From the NCBI GenBank assembly GCA_949295995.1, contig CASFNK010000006.1, positions 1,124 through 65,123 of the forward strand: a DNA stretch of 64,000 nt, written 5' to 3'. Both the position numbers and the translations under genes were made by a program. Shown here one piece after another: positions 27,102 through 35,756 of this stretch. This DNA is from an uncultured Pseudomonadota bacterium (GTDB taxonomy: Bacteria > Pseudomonadota > Alphaproteobacteria > RF32 > CAG-239). Below the pieces are notes generated by a model. That model saw only the letters and a list, made by a program, of their open reading frames with translations. It was not told the origin of the DNA and ran no database searches. Position 1 is the first letter of the stretch. The number at the start of each line of letters is the position of its first letter.

Positions 27102-27701
27102 TTATTCAAAGCTCCAAGCCACGATATTTTTACTACCGCAAAATTTAGCCGCTTCCGTCTTTGTAACGGGAAGAGGATTTTTTCCGCCCCAAGTAAAATC
27201 AAATCTTTGCCCATCTGTCAAAATAACCATTTGTAAAAGGGTAAGATTTTCTCGCTCATTGAGTTTAAAAGCCGCCATTGCTGTGCATTCTTTTTTAGAA
27301 AGCTCAGGAAATGTAATCATAAAATTTCGACTTCCTGGCATAGCAATATTCCCGTCAATATCTTGTCCGATAATGACAGGTTTTCCGAAAGCGTTAGAAA
27401 GTTTTCCTTCCTGAAGCATATCTGAGGCATATAAGTTATTTTTAATAACACTGTCAGTACTCAATCCCCAATATCCAGGTTTTGTTTGATAGAACAAACG
27501 AATATTATTAGCTACTTGAGCAAGCTGCACGGCGGCAAGATTAATTTCCGGATTTGGTCTGATAACCCATGCCAAAATACCGACCAACACAGCCGTAATT
27601 ACAGTTGTAAGAATAATTATTTTTTGCCCCAGTTTTGCAAAAAGCGAACTGGATAATAATTTCTGCTTATAAACAGAAAAGTATTGCTTAAATTTTTCCA
27701 T
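27102..27701 (-). CDS. putative type IVb (PilS-like) prepilin
   Basis: Sits in the pilS position. Start taken at the ATG at 27701, 5 nt after the upstream stop. A basic leader (MEKFKQYFSVYKQKLLSSSLFAKLG) is followed by the hydrophobic helix QKIIILTTVITAVLVGILAWVI. There are two Cys in the C-terminal third (KKECTAM ... AKFCGSK). Caveat: there is no Glu at +5. Confidence 0.5.
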   Translation of the reverse strand: MEKFKQYFSVYKQKLLSSSLFAKLGQKIIILTTVITAVLVGILAWVIRPNPEINLAAVQLAQVANNIRLFYQTKPGYWGLSTDSVIKNNLYASDMLQEGKLSNAFGKPVIIGQDIDGNIAMPGSRNFMITFPELSKKECTAMAAFKLNERENLTLLQMVILTDGQRFDFTWGGKNPLPVTKTEAAKFCGSKNIVAWSFE

Positions 27702-27705
27702 AATT

Positions 27706-28827
27706 TTATCCCATAGCACTCGTAATTTGGTCTTGCATATCAAATACGCCCATAACGGCCCAAGCAATAATACCACCGACAGAAAGTAATGCAATCATAT
27801 TTAAAATACTGGCTTTTTGTTCAATAATGTACACCGATTCTTCCAGCCATTCATTAGCTAATTTATCCATGGCCTCTTCAAAATTATCAAGTTCGGAATA
27901 AACTTTGAGGTCGGCAATAATTTCACGATCAGGAAATTCCAAACCTGTTTTTTCGAGAGCTTGCCCAAGGTTATCACCGTTATTTACAAAAATGAGAGTT
28001 TTATCGATTCTTTCTCTTAAGTAAGGGTTAGCATCACGTCTTAGAGCTTGTAATGAAGTTGAAACCGGTGTTCCGCTTTTAACTAAAGCCGACATAGCCA
28101 ACAACCAACTGATACCGGTAAAAACTTTATATAAAGACCAAGGAGGTAAACTATCGAAGAAAGAGCGAATAAAGCCGGTCCAAATACCGATTGTCGCGTA
28201 AATAACAAGCATTGTAACCGGCAAAGAAGCAAAAGCAACTTGCCAATAAGTTCTAATCCAATCAGAAACATCGACAAGAGTTTTTGCGCTACCGCGCCAA
28301 CGTACGTTAGGAGCGGCATCTTGCATTGGCGGCACCATATAAGCACCGATACCGTATAAAATCAAAACGGCCATAAACATCAAGAAGGATGGATAAGCAA
28401 TAGCGCCGACAATCGGACGAACCATTTTGGTAGTACCTTCGGTTACTTTAATAAGGTTAAGAAGAGCACTTTCCAAGTTTGAAACATCGCCTGTAGAAAG
28501 CATCAGTCTTTCTCTTGCCGGAGCCCAACCTTTCAAGGCTTCAGCGAAAGTTAAACCGTTTTGCAGAGACTTAGACCAAGCGGCAATTGCAATAGCAATT
28601 GGTTCACTAGGATTTTTACCACCGTTACTGGCACCGTCATACAAAAGGTCCAAAGCATCCATTAATGAAAATCGGTTAGACATTAAGGATGCAATTTTAC
28701 GATACATTTTAAGTCTTGTTTTGTTAGACATTTTAGTAATGAGCTTAGCATATTGAATTTCAATAGCGCCGACTTTTTTCATAGCTCTTGTGAGTGCGTC
28801 TGAATGTTTTTTTTCTTCTTGAGCCAT
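27706..28827 (-). CDS. pilR: type IV pilus platform protein, GspF/PilC family (R64 PilR position)
   Basis: 373 aa with two GspF-like repeats and three TM segments. Lies directly downstream of the assembly ATPase. Confidence 0.8.
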   Translation of the reverse strand: MAQEEKKHSDALTRAMKKVGAIEIQYAKLITKMSNKTRLKMYRKIASLMSNRFSLMDALDLLYDGASNGGKNPSEPIAIAIAAWSKSLQNGLTFAEALKGWAPARERLMLSTGDVSNLESALLNLIKVTEGTTKMVRPIVGAIAYPSFLMFMAVLILYGIGAYMVPPMQDAAPNVRWRGSAKTLVDVSDWIRTYWQVAFASLPVTMLVIYATIGIWTGFIRSFFDSLPPWSLYKVFTGISWLLAMSALVKSGTPVSTSLQALRRDANPYLRERIDKTLIFVNNGDNLGQALEKTGLEFPDREIIADLKVYSELDNFEEAMDKLANEWLEESVYIIEQKASILNMIALLSVGGIIAWAVMGVFDMQDQITSAMG

Positions 28828-28836
28828 AATAACCTC

Positions 28837-30501
28837 CTAATACGAAGGACGCTGGTCAAGCAATCCGCACCAACGCTCAACTTCATCTAAATCAATGTAA
28901 CCTTTTAACATACGTTCAATAGCGGCATCCCGAAGAGGTCTGCCATTTAAATCACTAGTCCAATAATCGATAGCTTTTCTGGTTTCCCCAGCAATCATTA
29001 ATTCTAGGAATACGGCATCAGGCAATATAATTTCAGGGACACTCATACGACCTTTGATACCTTTATTATCACAAAATTTACATCCGGGACCGCGAACGAA
29101 AGTATTTTCGACCCCAAAATCGCCCAAAGCAACACGTAATCTTTTAACCGCCGGATCATTGAGTCTTTCTTTAACGGAAACACGACAGTGAGGACAAAGT
29201 TTTCTGAATAAACGTTGAGAAATTAAACCTTTTACGAGTTCTGGATCTGCCAGCATATAAGGTTGAATACCCATGTCTCGTAAACGAGTAATAATAGCTG
29301 GAGCGCTGTTTGCGTGCAAAGTTGTCCAAACGCCGTGTCCGGAAAGAGCCCCTTTGAAGGTAAGTTCTGCCGTAGCCAAAGCACGTGTTTCACCCACCAT
29401 CATAACGTCAGGGTCAGAGCGCAAAGCGGCCGAAAGAGCTTTTGTGAACATTTCGGCTTTTTCTTCTTCACTATTGGCATTTGTTACGGGCATTTGTCTA
29501 GCGCCGGGGATTGGGTATTCGGGAGGGTCTTCCACGGTAATGAGATTAATCTCGTAATTTTTTTCTTGCAGGAGTTTAATCATATTGCGCTGTAAGGTTG
29601 TTGATTTACCCGAACCGGTAGGTCCGGCAATGACACTCAAACCTGTAGGCACGGCACGTAACCGATAGAATAGATTTTCTTCATATTCACCAAAACCGAG
29701 TGCTTGCAAATCACCACTTCCGTCAGGGTTTTCATCAGCGTAAAGCAAACGCATAACCAAATATTGAGAACCAAAAGCAATCGGATTAAATTGTAAACGA
29801 ATAGCCAACACGTTATGAGGCAACATGAGTTTACCTTTAGAACCGCGCAAAGGAGTTGAACCTAATTTTTGAGCTCCTTGGAATTCGTTTTGAGCATAGT
29901 TTGAATCGGAAATATCCGAAGAAGCAAAAGCGGCGCGGACAAAAGATTCCCCCCAATCTTTATTATATTCCATAACGGTTTGCATCATTCCGTTTACGCG
30001 AAACATAATTTGCGTACTATCCGCCACAACAACGTGTACGTCAGACACCTTCATAGCCGCTGCACGAGCAACAACATTAACGAAGTCCTTCTGCATCTGC
30101 AGTTGGTCTAAATCTTCATCTCCTTCAATATTAGAAAGAGGTTGAGCCCGTTCTCCGTAAGCATAAATTGCGTTAATTTCATTTTGACTGACATAGGTTG
30201 GTTTACTTATATTTAAGTGTTTTTTCCGAGCCAAAACTTCAAAGCTCAAAACACGTCCGTCAAATTTATGGGATTCGACTACCAAGAAACGCCCATCAGC
30301 AAACAAAGCTAACAGACGTCTTGTGTCATCATTAATAACCAGAGAAGAACCGGGCAAGGTTAGTAACTTATTACCATTACTAAACACATCTTCAATAATA
30401 TTGTACTTTTTTTGCCCATCAGCCTCAGAGGCTCCGATAACTTGTCCTGAGCCTCGACTGCTGTCATCGACAGTCTCTTCTGTTTTTTCCTCTTCAGCCA
30501 T
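28837..30501 (-). CDS. pilQ: type IV pilus assembly ATPase, GspE/PilB family (R64 PilQ position)
   Basis: Walker A AGPTGSGKST, Asp box ITVEDPPEYP, Walker B VMMVGETR, His box GHGVWTTLHA, tetracysteine motif CPHC...CKFC. Confidence 0.9.
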   Translation of the reverse strand: MAEEEKTEETVDDSSRGSGQVIGASEADGQKKYNIIEDVFSNGNKLLTLPGSSLVINDDTRRLLALFADGRFLVVESHKFDGRVLSFEVLARKKHLNISKPTYVSQNEINAIYAYGERAQPLSNIEGDEDLDQLQMQKDFVNVVARAAAMKVSDVHVVVADSTQIMFRVNGMMQTVMEYNKDWGESFVRAAFASSDISDSNYAQNEFQGAQKLGSTPLRGSKGKLMLPHNVLAIRLQFNPIAFGSQYLVMRLLYADENPDGSGDLQALGFGEYEENLFYRLRAVPTGLSVIAGPTGSGKSTTLQRNMIKLLQEKNYEINLITVEDPPEYPIPGARQMPVTNANSEEEKAEMFTKALSAALRSDPDVMMVGETRALATAELTFKGALSGHGVWTTLHANSAPAIITRLRDMGIQPYMLADPELVKGLISQRLFRKLCPHCRVSVKERLNDPAVKRLRVALGDFGVENTFVRGPGCKFCDNKGIKGRMSVPEIILPDAVFLELMIAGETRKAIDYWTSDLNGRPLRDAAIERMLKGYIDLDEVERWCGLLDQRPSY

Positions 30502-30509
30502 ATTAATAT

Positions 30510-32111
30510 TTACCTGACGAACATACCTGAACGTAAGCTAGGTAAACCTTGATTTGCGCTTAATGCGGGTAAAGCCTCTGTTTTTCCTGACTTTTTAGGT
30601 AAAGGAGTTACACCTGATTTAAAGTTTGGATTAACAGATTTAGGTTCTCTATCCAAAATACCGCCGGCTGCAAAATAGAGATATTCTTTTTTTCCGTCTT
30701 TTGAAGCCGTTAAATAAGTCTGAGATATTTCATCTACGGTATGACCTGTTTGTAGTACGGTTCCTTTTTGAACTAAGAACGAAGACCCGCTTTTATTAAT
30801 GAGTTTAGCCGATAATTCACCGCCTTTCCCGCGAATTTCCATAATAGCATACTCATCAGAAATTTTTTGACTCTTATTTTCATTTTTTTCATTATTTTCA
30901 GATAAAGATGCAAAGGGATTTGTTTTATCCTTTCCAGCTACATTAACATCAACTCGAGCTTGCTTTTCAGCTTCCAAACGAGATTTCAAAATAGAAATTT
31001 GCGTCTGCATATTTGTTAATTCACGACTATAATTTTTCTTAGCTGTTTCTGCAGCTTCAGAAGCTTTTACAGCCAGTTGCAATAAGTAGTTTAATTTTAA
31101 TTTTAGGTTATTAACTAATTTAGAATGATCTTCTTCGATTTTAGCCATTTCGTCATATAAGTTCATATTATTATCAATCCATTTTTGGTTTGTAGCCAAC
31201 ATTTCCTCTTTATAGGCTTTAATAATATTTTCCTGACGTAATTTTTCATAAATTAGATTAAGTTCTCTCAGCTTTTGCTCTTCGATAAGGAGTTTTCTTT
31301 GTTGTTCTTGCTCCCATTCAGCTTTTTTACGTTCTTTTTCTTCTTTTTGAGCTTTTGCGTCATCAATAGATTTTTGTCTTGCCGCTTTTAGGGCTTCAAT
31401 TTCATTTTTGACTTTTTCTCTGCGCAGTTCAAGGCTAAGCAAACTTGTCTGCTTTTCCAAATCAGACATTTGATTAAACAAATCATTGTCTATTTGGGAC
31501 AAAATAGCTTCTCCGAAGTTATTACTTTCGGGCGTAGTAGCTTGTTGTTTTAACAATTGTAACTGTTGAAATTTAGAAGCATTATCATTTAGTTGCTTAT
31601 TTTCAGCTTTATCACCAGAATTTTTAGCTGGAAGCAATTTATCATTAGCTAATGTTTTAGGTGCTGAAGGCGCAGACTTTGCTCCTAAAGGCTTAAGAAC
31701 GGGTTTAGACGCGTCATCTTTCTCAGGATTTGTTTGGGGTAACTTCAAATCTTGGACTGAAGGAACATTATTTTCCGTATTATCCAAAGGAATAACGCCT
31801 GGCACATTACTTTCCGTATTATCCAAAGGAATAACGCCTGGCACATTACTTTCCGTATTATCTAAAGGAATAATATCAGGAACATTATTTTCAATATTTC
31901 CGCTGTTTCCATTTAGAGAAGGTGGGGTTAATAAAGCATCGGCATTAGAAGTTTCCTTGAGAGAAATTTCATCAGGAATTAAAGGAACAACTGTCGGTGC
32001 AGTTTGTTCGGCATCTAAAGGGAGTACAGCCCATGCTACCTGATTAGGAGATAATCCAAGAATCAGAGCCATAACTGCAAAGCATAATTTGTAATTTATA
32101 TTATAAGACAT
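30510..32111 (-). CDS. PilP-position protein: signal peptide, 13-aa tandem repeats, long coiled coil, C-terminal PilP-like beta domain
   Basis: 533 aa. Repeats NVPGVIPLDNTES, a K/E-rich coiled coil, and C-terminal YAIMEIRGKGGELSAKLINKSGSSFLVQKGTVLQTGHTVDEI. The assignment rests on synteny plus the C-terminal pattern. Confidence 0.5.
   Translation of the reverse strand: MSYNINYKLCFAVMALILGLSPNQVAWAVLPLDAEQTAPTVVPLIPDEISLKETSNADALLTPPSLNGNSGNIENNVPDIIPLDNTESNVPGVIPLDNTESNVPGVIPLDNTENNVPSVQDLKLPQTNPEKDDASKPVLKPLGAKSAPSAPKTLANDKLLPAKNSGDKAENKQLNDNASKFQQLQLLKQQATTPESNNFGEAILSQIDNDLFNQMSDLEKQTSLLSLELRREKVKNEIEALKAARQKSIDDAKAQKEEKERKKAEWEQEQQRKLLIEEQKLRELNLIYEKLRQENIIKAYKEEMLATNQKWIDNNMNLYDEMAKIEEDHSKLVNNLKLKLNYLLQLAVKASEAAETAKKNYSRELTNMQTQISILKSRLEAEKQARVDVNVAGKDKTNPFASLSENNEKNENKSQKISDEYAIMEIRGKGGELSAKLINKSGSSFLVQKGTVLQTGHTVDEISQTYLTASKDGKKEYLYFAAGGILDREPKSVNPNFKSGVTPLPKKSGKTEALPALSANQGLPSLRSGMFVR
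31763..31893. repeat. 39-bp tandem repeat (about 3.3 copies) inside the PilP-position gene
   Basis: Units at 31763-31801, 31802-31840 and 31841-31879 are nearly identical (GGCACATTACTTTCCGTATTATCCAAAGGAATAACGCCT), and a partial fourth follows. Confidence 0.9.
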
Positions 32112-33378
32112 AGATTGCTCCTTCGTAATGCCATTGCTTAGAATTTACATCATATTTAATACTATTAATCTCAAGTCCTGAAAATTTTATTAATAAATCA
32201 TTCCAAACAGCCGGATTTTGAAAAGATTTAAATTGGAATTTAATTGAACGATACACATTTTTTCTGGGAGAAGTGTAAGAAAATGATTGCAAAGCAATAT
32301 CTTGACCAATTGCTTGGAACATATTATTAAGCACATTTTTCAAATCTACCCCCATATATTGAGGAGGAGAAGAAATAATATCTATTTTGTTAAAAGGCAC
32401 AGAAACAATCACAGTATTTCCGTCATCAGAAATAGATTTACCAGAAAAATTTATACCAGATTTATTTAGAGCTTTATCAATCCAGCTAATACGCCCCACC
32501 TCTCTTTTCCAAGAAGTTGTGATAGAAGAATCGCTGCAAGAAAGACCGCCGATTTTCCATCCGGGAGGAAGAATATGAGTTAGAGCATCTACCCCCATTT
32601 TACATTGAAGCATAACTTCAGAAGGATTTTTAAGTTTTTCCCAAGGTTTAATTTCAGGAGGTTGTTCCACGGGTTTAACAACTTTAGGTCGAACGGGAGC
32701 TATGATTGGTCTCTTCGGAGGCGATAAAAAGATACTGGTAACAATGCTGTACAAGAGCCATAAACCGACAATAGCGGACACAGCGACAACAGCAAATAAC
32801 TTAGAACCGCGTAGAGCTTTAATTTTTTGAAGTTTATTTTTCGTCCCTCTTTGCAAGAGTTTTGCTAAATCGGGATATTCAGTTTCTTCAATTTCCCACT
32901 CTGGAGGTGCAATTTTGCGCCCCCAGTCAGGAACAGCCAACATGGACATAAATTGGTTTTTAGCATCTTCTTCTTTTAGGAAGAGCATATCGCCATCTGA
33001 AAGGATAATATCATTACGTACGCAAGTGTACCACCATCCTTCTTTCACCTTGAATACACCGACAAAAGAAGAACGATCGGAAAGAGCCGTTGATAAAGAA
33101 ACGGCAGCAGCTAACGTACCATTTTTATATCCTTCTTGGGAAACACAAATACCGAACTGAGGAGCTTTACCTGGTTTGATACAAAAAAGGTCAGCCCCTT
33201 CTAATACGCCGCCGGCGGTTTCTTCTACTTCCGTATAAGGATCATCTTTATTCTGTAAAGGCTGCCAAAACAAACTTGTAGCGTAAGTAATCCCTTCCAG
33301 AGAAAACTCCGTAGCCCACGAACGATTAACATTCGTGTCAAAATCTTGTTCTTGAAATTTAGCATCTTCCAGAACCAT
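32101..33378 (-). CDS. PilO-position bitopic membrane protein (R64-type PilO)
   Basis: 425 aa with a single central TM (LFAVVAVSAIVGLWLLYSIVTSIFL). Size and position match R64 PilO as I recall it. No diagnostic motif known to me. Confidence 0.5.
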   Translation of the reverse strand: MVLEDAKFQEQDFDTNVNRSWATEFSLEGITYATSLFWQPLQNKDDPYTEVEETAGGVLEGADLFCIKPGKAPQFGICVSQEGYKNGTLAAAVSLSTALSDRSSFVGVFKVKEGWWYTCVRNDIILSDGDMLFLKEEDAKNQFMSMLAVPDWGRKIAPPEWEIEETEYPDLAKLLQRGTKNKLQKIKALRGSKLFAVVAVSAIVGLWLLYSIVTSIFLSPPKRPIIAPVRPKVVKPVEQPPEIKPWEKLKNPSEVMLQCKMGVDALTHILPPGWKIGGLSCSDSSITTSWKREVGRISWIDKALNKSGINFSGKSISDDGNTVIVSVPFNKIDIISSPPQYMGVDLKNVLNNMFQAIGQDIALQSFSYTSPRKNVYRSIKFQFKSFQNPAVWNDLLIKFSGLEINSIKYDVNSKQWHYEGAIYVL

Positions 33379-33390
33379 TTTAATAATTCC

Positions 33391-35010
33391 TTATTCTTTC
33401 ATTCTCGATTCGGGTGATAATGGGGATTCCAAGACCACAGGAGTCAAAATAATAACCAAGAGGCTTCTTACTTTTCCAGCTTTAGCTGTACCGCCCAATA
33501 ATGAATTTTCAGCGGAGCCGACACCTGATTTTTCGGTCGTATTTTCAACTCTTTCATATCCGGTTAAGACCAATGATTGTCCTGATTTCATTGCTACTTC
33601 TTGAGTAAAGCCGCGAGATTCTATGACCGGATTTTGAATATATTGTCCCCCTCCCGCACTTGTTTCACCGTCAGCTCTGTCATCCAAACTGACTTTTTCC
33701 AAAGAAATTAAATCAGATAGTGTCAAGTTGAACATCAACATCAAACGACCATGTTCCAAAATTCTCGGTAAAACGTCCATAGTAAAACCTGTTTCAATCT
33801 CTTCAGTTTCGGTAGAAACGTCGTAGTAACTTGCATCACCGCCGCTGTTTGTTTTGGTGATTTCAGAAATATAGTTTTGGGTCTTAACTACTTGAATCGG
33901 AGCAGGTTTATTATTTAATGTTGTAACTGTACCGCTTGTAATTAAATTGGTCGTAGCTTGAGTTGATAGAGCTTGTAAAGAAGCGTCTATCGAAACATTT
34001 CCGGGCAAGAGAGTCATAGTTAAGTTTTTGGTAACGTCTTGACCCAACCCGCCGGCAATACTTGATAACCCGACAGATTCACCGGTATGATCTTTCCAAA
34101 TAGCAGACAAATCAAGACCATATTGATCACTATCATCAATACTAACTTGCAAAACTTTTATACTGATAGCGACTTGTCGAGATAAACGGACATTTTGTTC
34201 ATTTATAAATTTTGCAATTTTCTTAATATCGTTCGGTGTAGCAGTAACCGAAATAGTACCATTTGAGGGATCCATGGTATATTTAGAATCTTTATCTAAC
34301 ATATTTTTAATAGAGGTTTCGATATTTTTCCAAAAATCCATTTTTGCACCGCTGGTCAATGAAATTTGTGAAGAACCGCCGGAACCTTGAGATGAACCAC
34401 CGACATTGACCGAAACTTGAGGAGAAGTCGGCAAGCTATACAGAACAAAGGTTCTTGTTTGGTATTTGTAAAAATATATTTCTTTTCGGTCATATTTCCA
34501 CCAAATACCAAAACGAGATCCGATTTCATTTAACAAACCGCTTAAAGGCCCTTGATAAGAAACAAGCATTTTGCTTGGGTCAGTCCAATCGACATTAATA
34601 GAAGCGGCATCAGGTTTATTTTTTGCCGCATTAGATAATACGTCTTTTTCCAAATGTGTTGCATAACTAACGCGCAGCCCGGTAATTTTGTTAATCATAT
34701 CACCGATTTCATATAAAGTAATCGGACGATTACTAATTAAAGTGATACCGTCTTTCCCTTCCAGATATGCGGGAATTGGCTGTCCGTCATATTCAACCTG
34801 ACTTGTATCGCCGAGCCAAATATCATTTTTAACACGAACAACATCGTCGTTAAGTACTTTGTCAGGAATTTTAGCGACTTCTTTTAATTTAGTAGTAGCT
34901 TCGACCTCGCGCTCAACCGTTGTATCCATTTTGGTTGATAAAGAACAAGAGCCGGCAATCACAAGTAATAATGCGCCTAAGCTGTATTTAGTAATTTTAT
35001 TCATAAGCAT
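33391..35010 (-). CDS. pilN: type IVb pilus secretin lipoprotein (R64 PilN family)
   Basis: Lipobox VIAGSC. C-terminal secretin domain (...SLVLTGYERVEN...GVGSAENSLLGGTAKAGKVRSLLVIILTPVVL). Start chosen at the ATG at 35010 (GGAGG 6 nt upstream). Confidence 0.85.
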   Translation of the reverse strand: MLMNKITKYSLGALLLVIAGSCSLSTKMDTTVEREVEATTKLKEVAKIPDKVLNDDVVRVKNDIWLGDTSQVEYDGQPIPAYLEGKDGITLISNRPITLYEIGDMINKITGLRVSYATHLEKDVLSNAAKNKPDAASINVDWTDPSKMLVSYQGPLSGLLNEIGSRFGIWWKYDRKEIYFYKYQTRTFVLYSLPTSPQVSVNVGGSSQGSGGSSQISLTSGAKMDFWKNIETSIKNMLDKDSKYTMDPSNGTISVTATPNDIKKIAKFINEQNVRLSRQVAISIKVLQVSIDDSDQYGLDLSAIWKDHTGESVGLSSIAGGLGQDVTKNLTMTLLPGNVSIDASLQALSTQATTNLITSGTVTTLNNKPAPIQVVKTQNYISEITKTNSGGDASYYDVSTETEEIETGFTMDVLPRILEHGRLMLMFNLTLSDLISLEKVSLDDRADGETSAGGGQYIQNPVIESRGFTQEVAMKSGQSLVLTGYERVENTTEKSGVGSAENSLLGGTAKAGKVRSLLVIILTPVVLESPLSPESRMKE

Positions 35011-35662
35011 TCTCATCCTCCATGGTCTCAACAACTAAGACGCGGTTTCCTTTATAAAAAGTAGCAATCGGAGCAGGTGTTGCGCGAGCAAAAGCTCTGA
35101 TAAGCGCAGCACTGACATCTGCAAAACGACCTCTAAACATTGCTCCGGCAGTTAAAGTATAATTACGATTTGAGTTCCAAATTAATCTCCATCCGGCTCT
35201 TTCACTCCATTCTGTCAAAAGGGCCTTAAGAGTTTGTCCTTCTTCTGCGAGCCAATCTTCAACAGGGTCTTCTGCGTTATATTCGGAACCAGCGTTTGAA
35301 GAGTTTCCTGATGTTTCACTAATTTCTTGTTCATAATCGATAACTTCACTCTCTACTGTTGGAGGAACGGCAGCCGAAATATTGCTTCCGGCGCCGCCGT
35401 CAACAATATTTTGATCTCTTGGAGTTCTCTCTCCGTATTCTTTATAATCGGCAGCAACTTCTGTATAATTAACAAATTCACTGTCTTGAAGAGAACCATT
35501 CGGCTGCAAAACATTATTTGCATCAGTACAAACTCTATTACCGTTTTCATCACATTCAACGGTTTCAGGGGGTATATGAACAGGATGGTATAAGGTGCCT
35601 AAACATCCTGAGGTAAGAAATAATCCCAATAATCCGGTAATTAACCGAAGCTTTATGCGCAT
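34997..35662 (-). CDS. pilL: PilL-like lipoprotein with a TcpQ-like C-terminal domain
   Basis: Signal peptide and lipobox MRIKLRLITGLLGLFLTSGC (start at the ATG at 35662). The C-terminus reads WLAEEGQTLKALLTEWSERAGWRLIWNSNRNYTL...FRGRFADVSAALIRAF...NRVLVV, typical of PilL/TcpQ. Confidence 0.75.
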   Translation of the reverse strand: MRIKLRLITGLLGLFLTSGCLGTLYHPVHIPPETVECDENGNRVCTDANNVLQPNGSLQDSEFVNYTEVAADYKEYGERTPRDQNIVDGGAGSNISAAVPPTVESEVIDYEQEISETSGNSSNAGSEYNAEDPVEDWLAEEGQTLKALLTEWSERAGWRLIWNSNRNYTLTAGAMFRGRFADVSAALIRAFARATPAPIATFYKGNRVLVVETMEDENAYE

Positions 35663-35756
35663 AATTTTAATTCCTAAGCTATGTTTTGTCATTTTTTACC
35701 TATAATACATATTGAAAAATAAATAATCAAGCGTAAGGCTCAACTTATTACCAAGG

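Noticed and set aside
27088-27414. 108-aa plus-strand ORF antisense to the pilin-candidate gene
   Set aside because: It has no RBS and overlaps a syntenically supported minus-strand gene. Its composition is typical of a shadow frame.
31763-31893. Tandem repeats as a possible CRISPR or minisatellite locus (also 45961-46116)
   Set aside because: The units are directly adjacent with no spacers, their lengths are multiples of 3 (39 and 60 bp), and they lie in frame inside long ORFs. They are coding tandem repeats.
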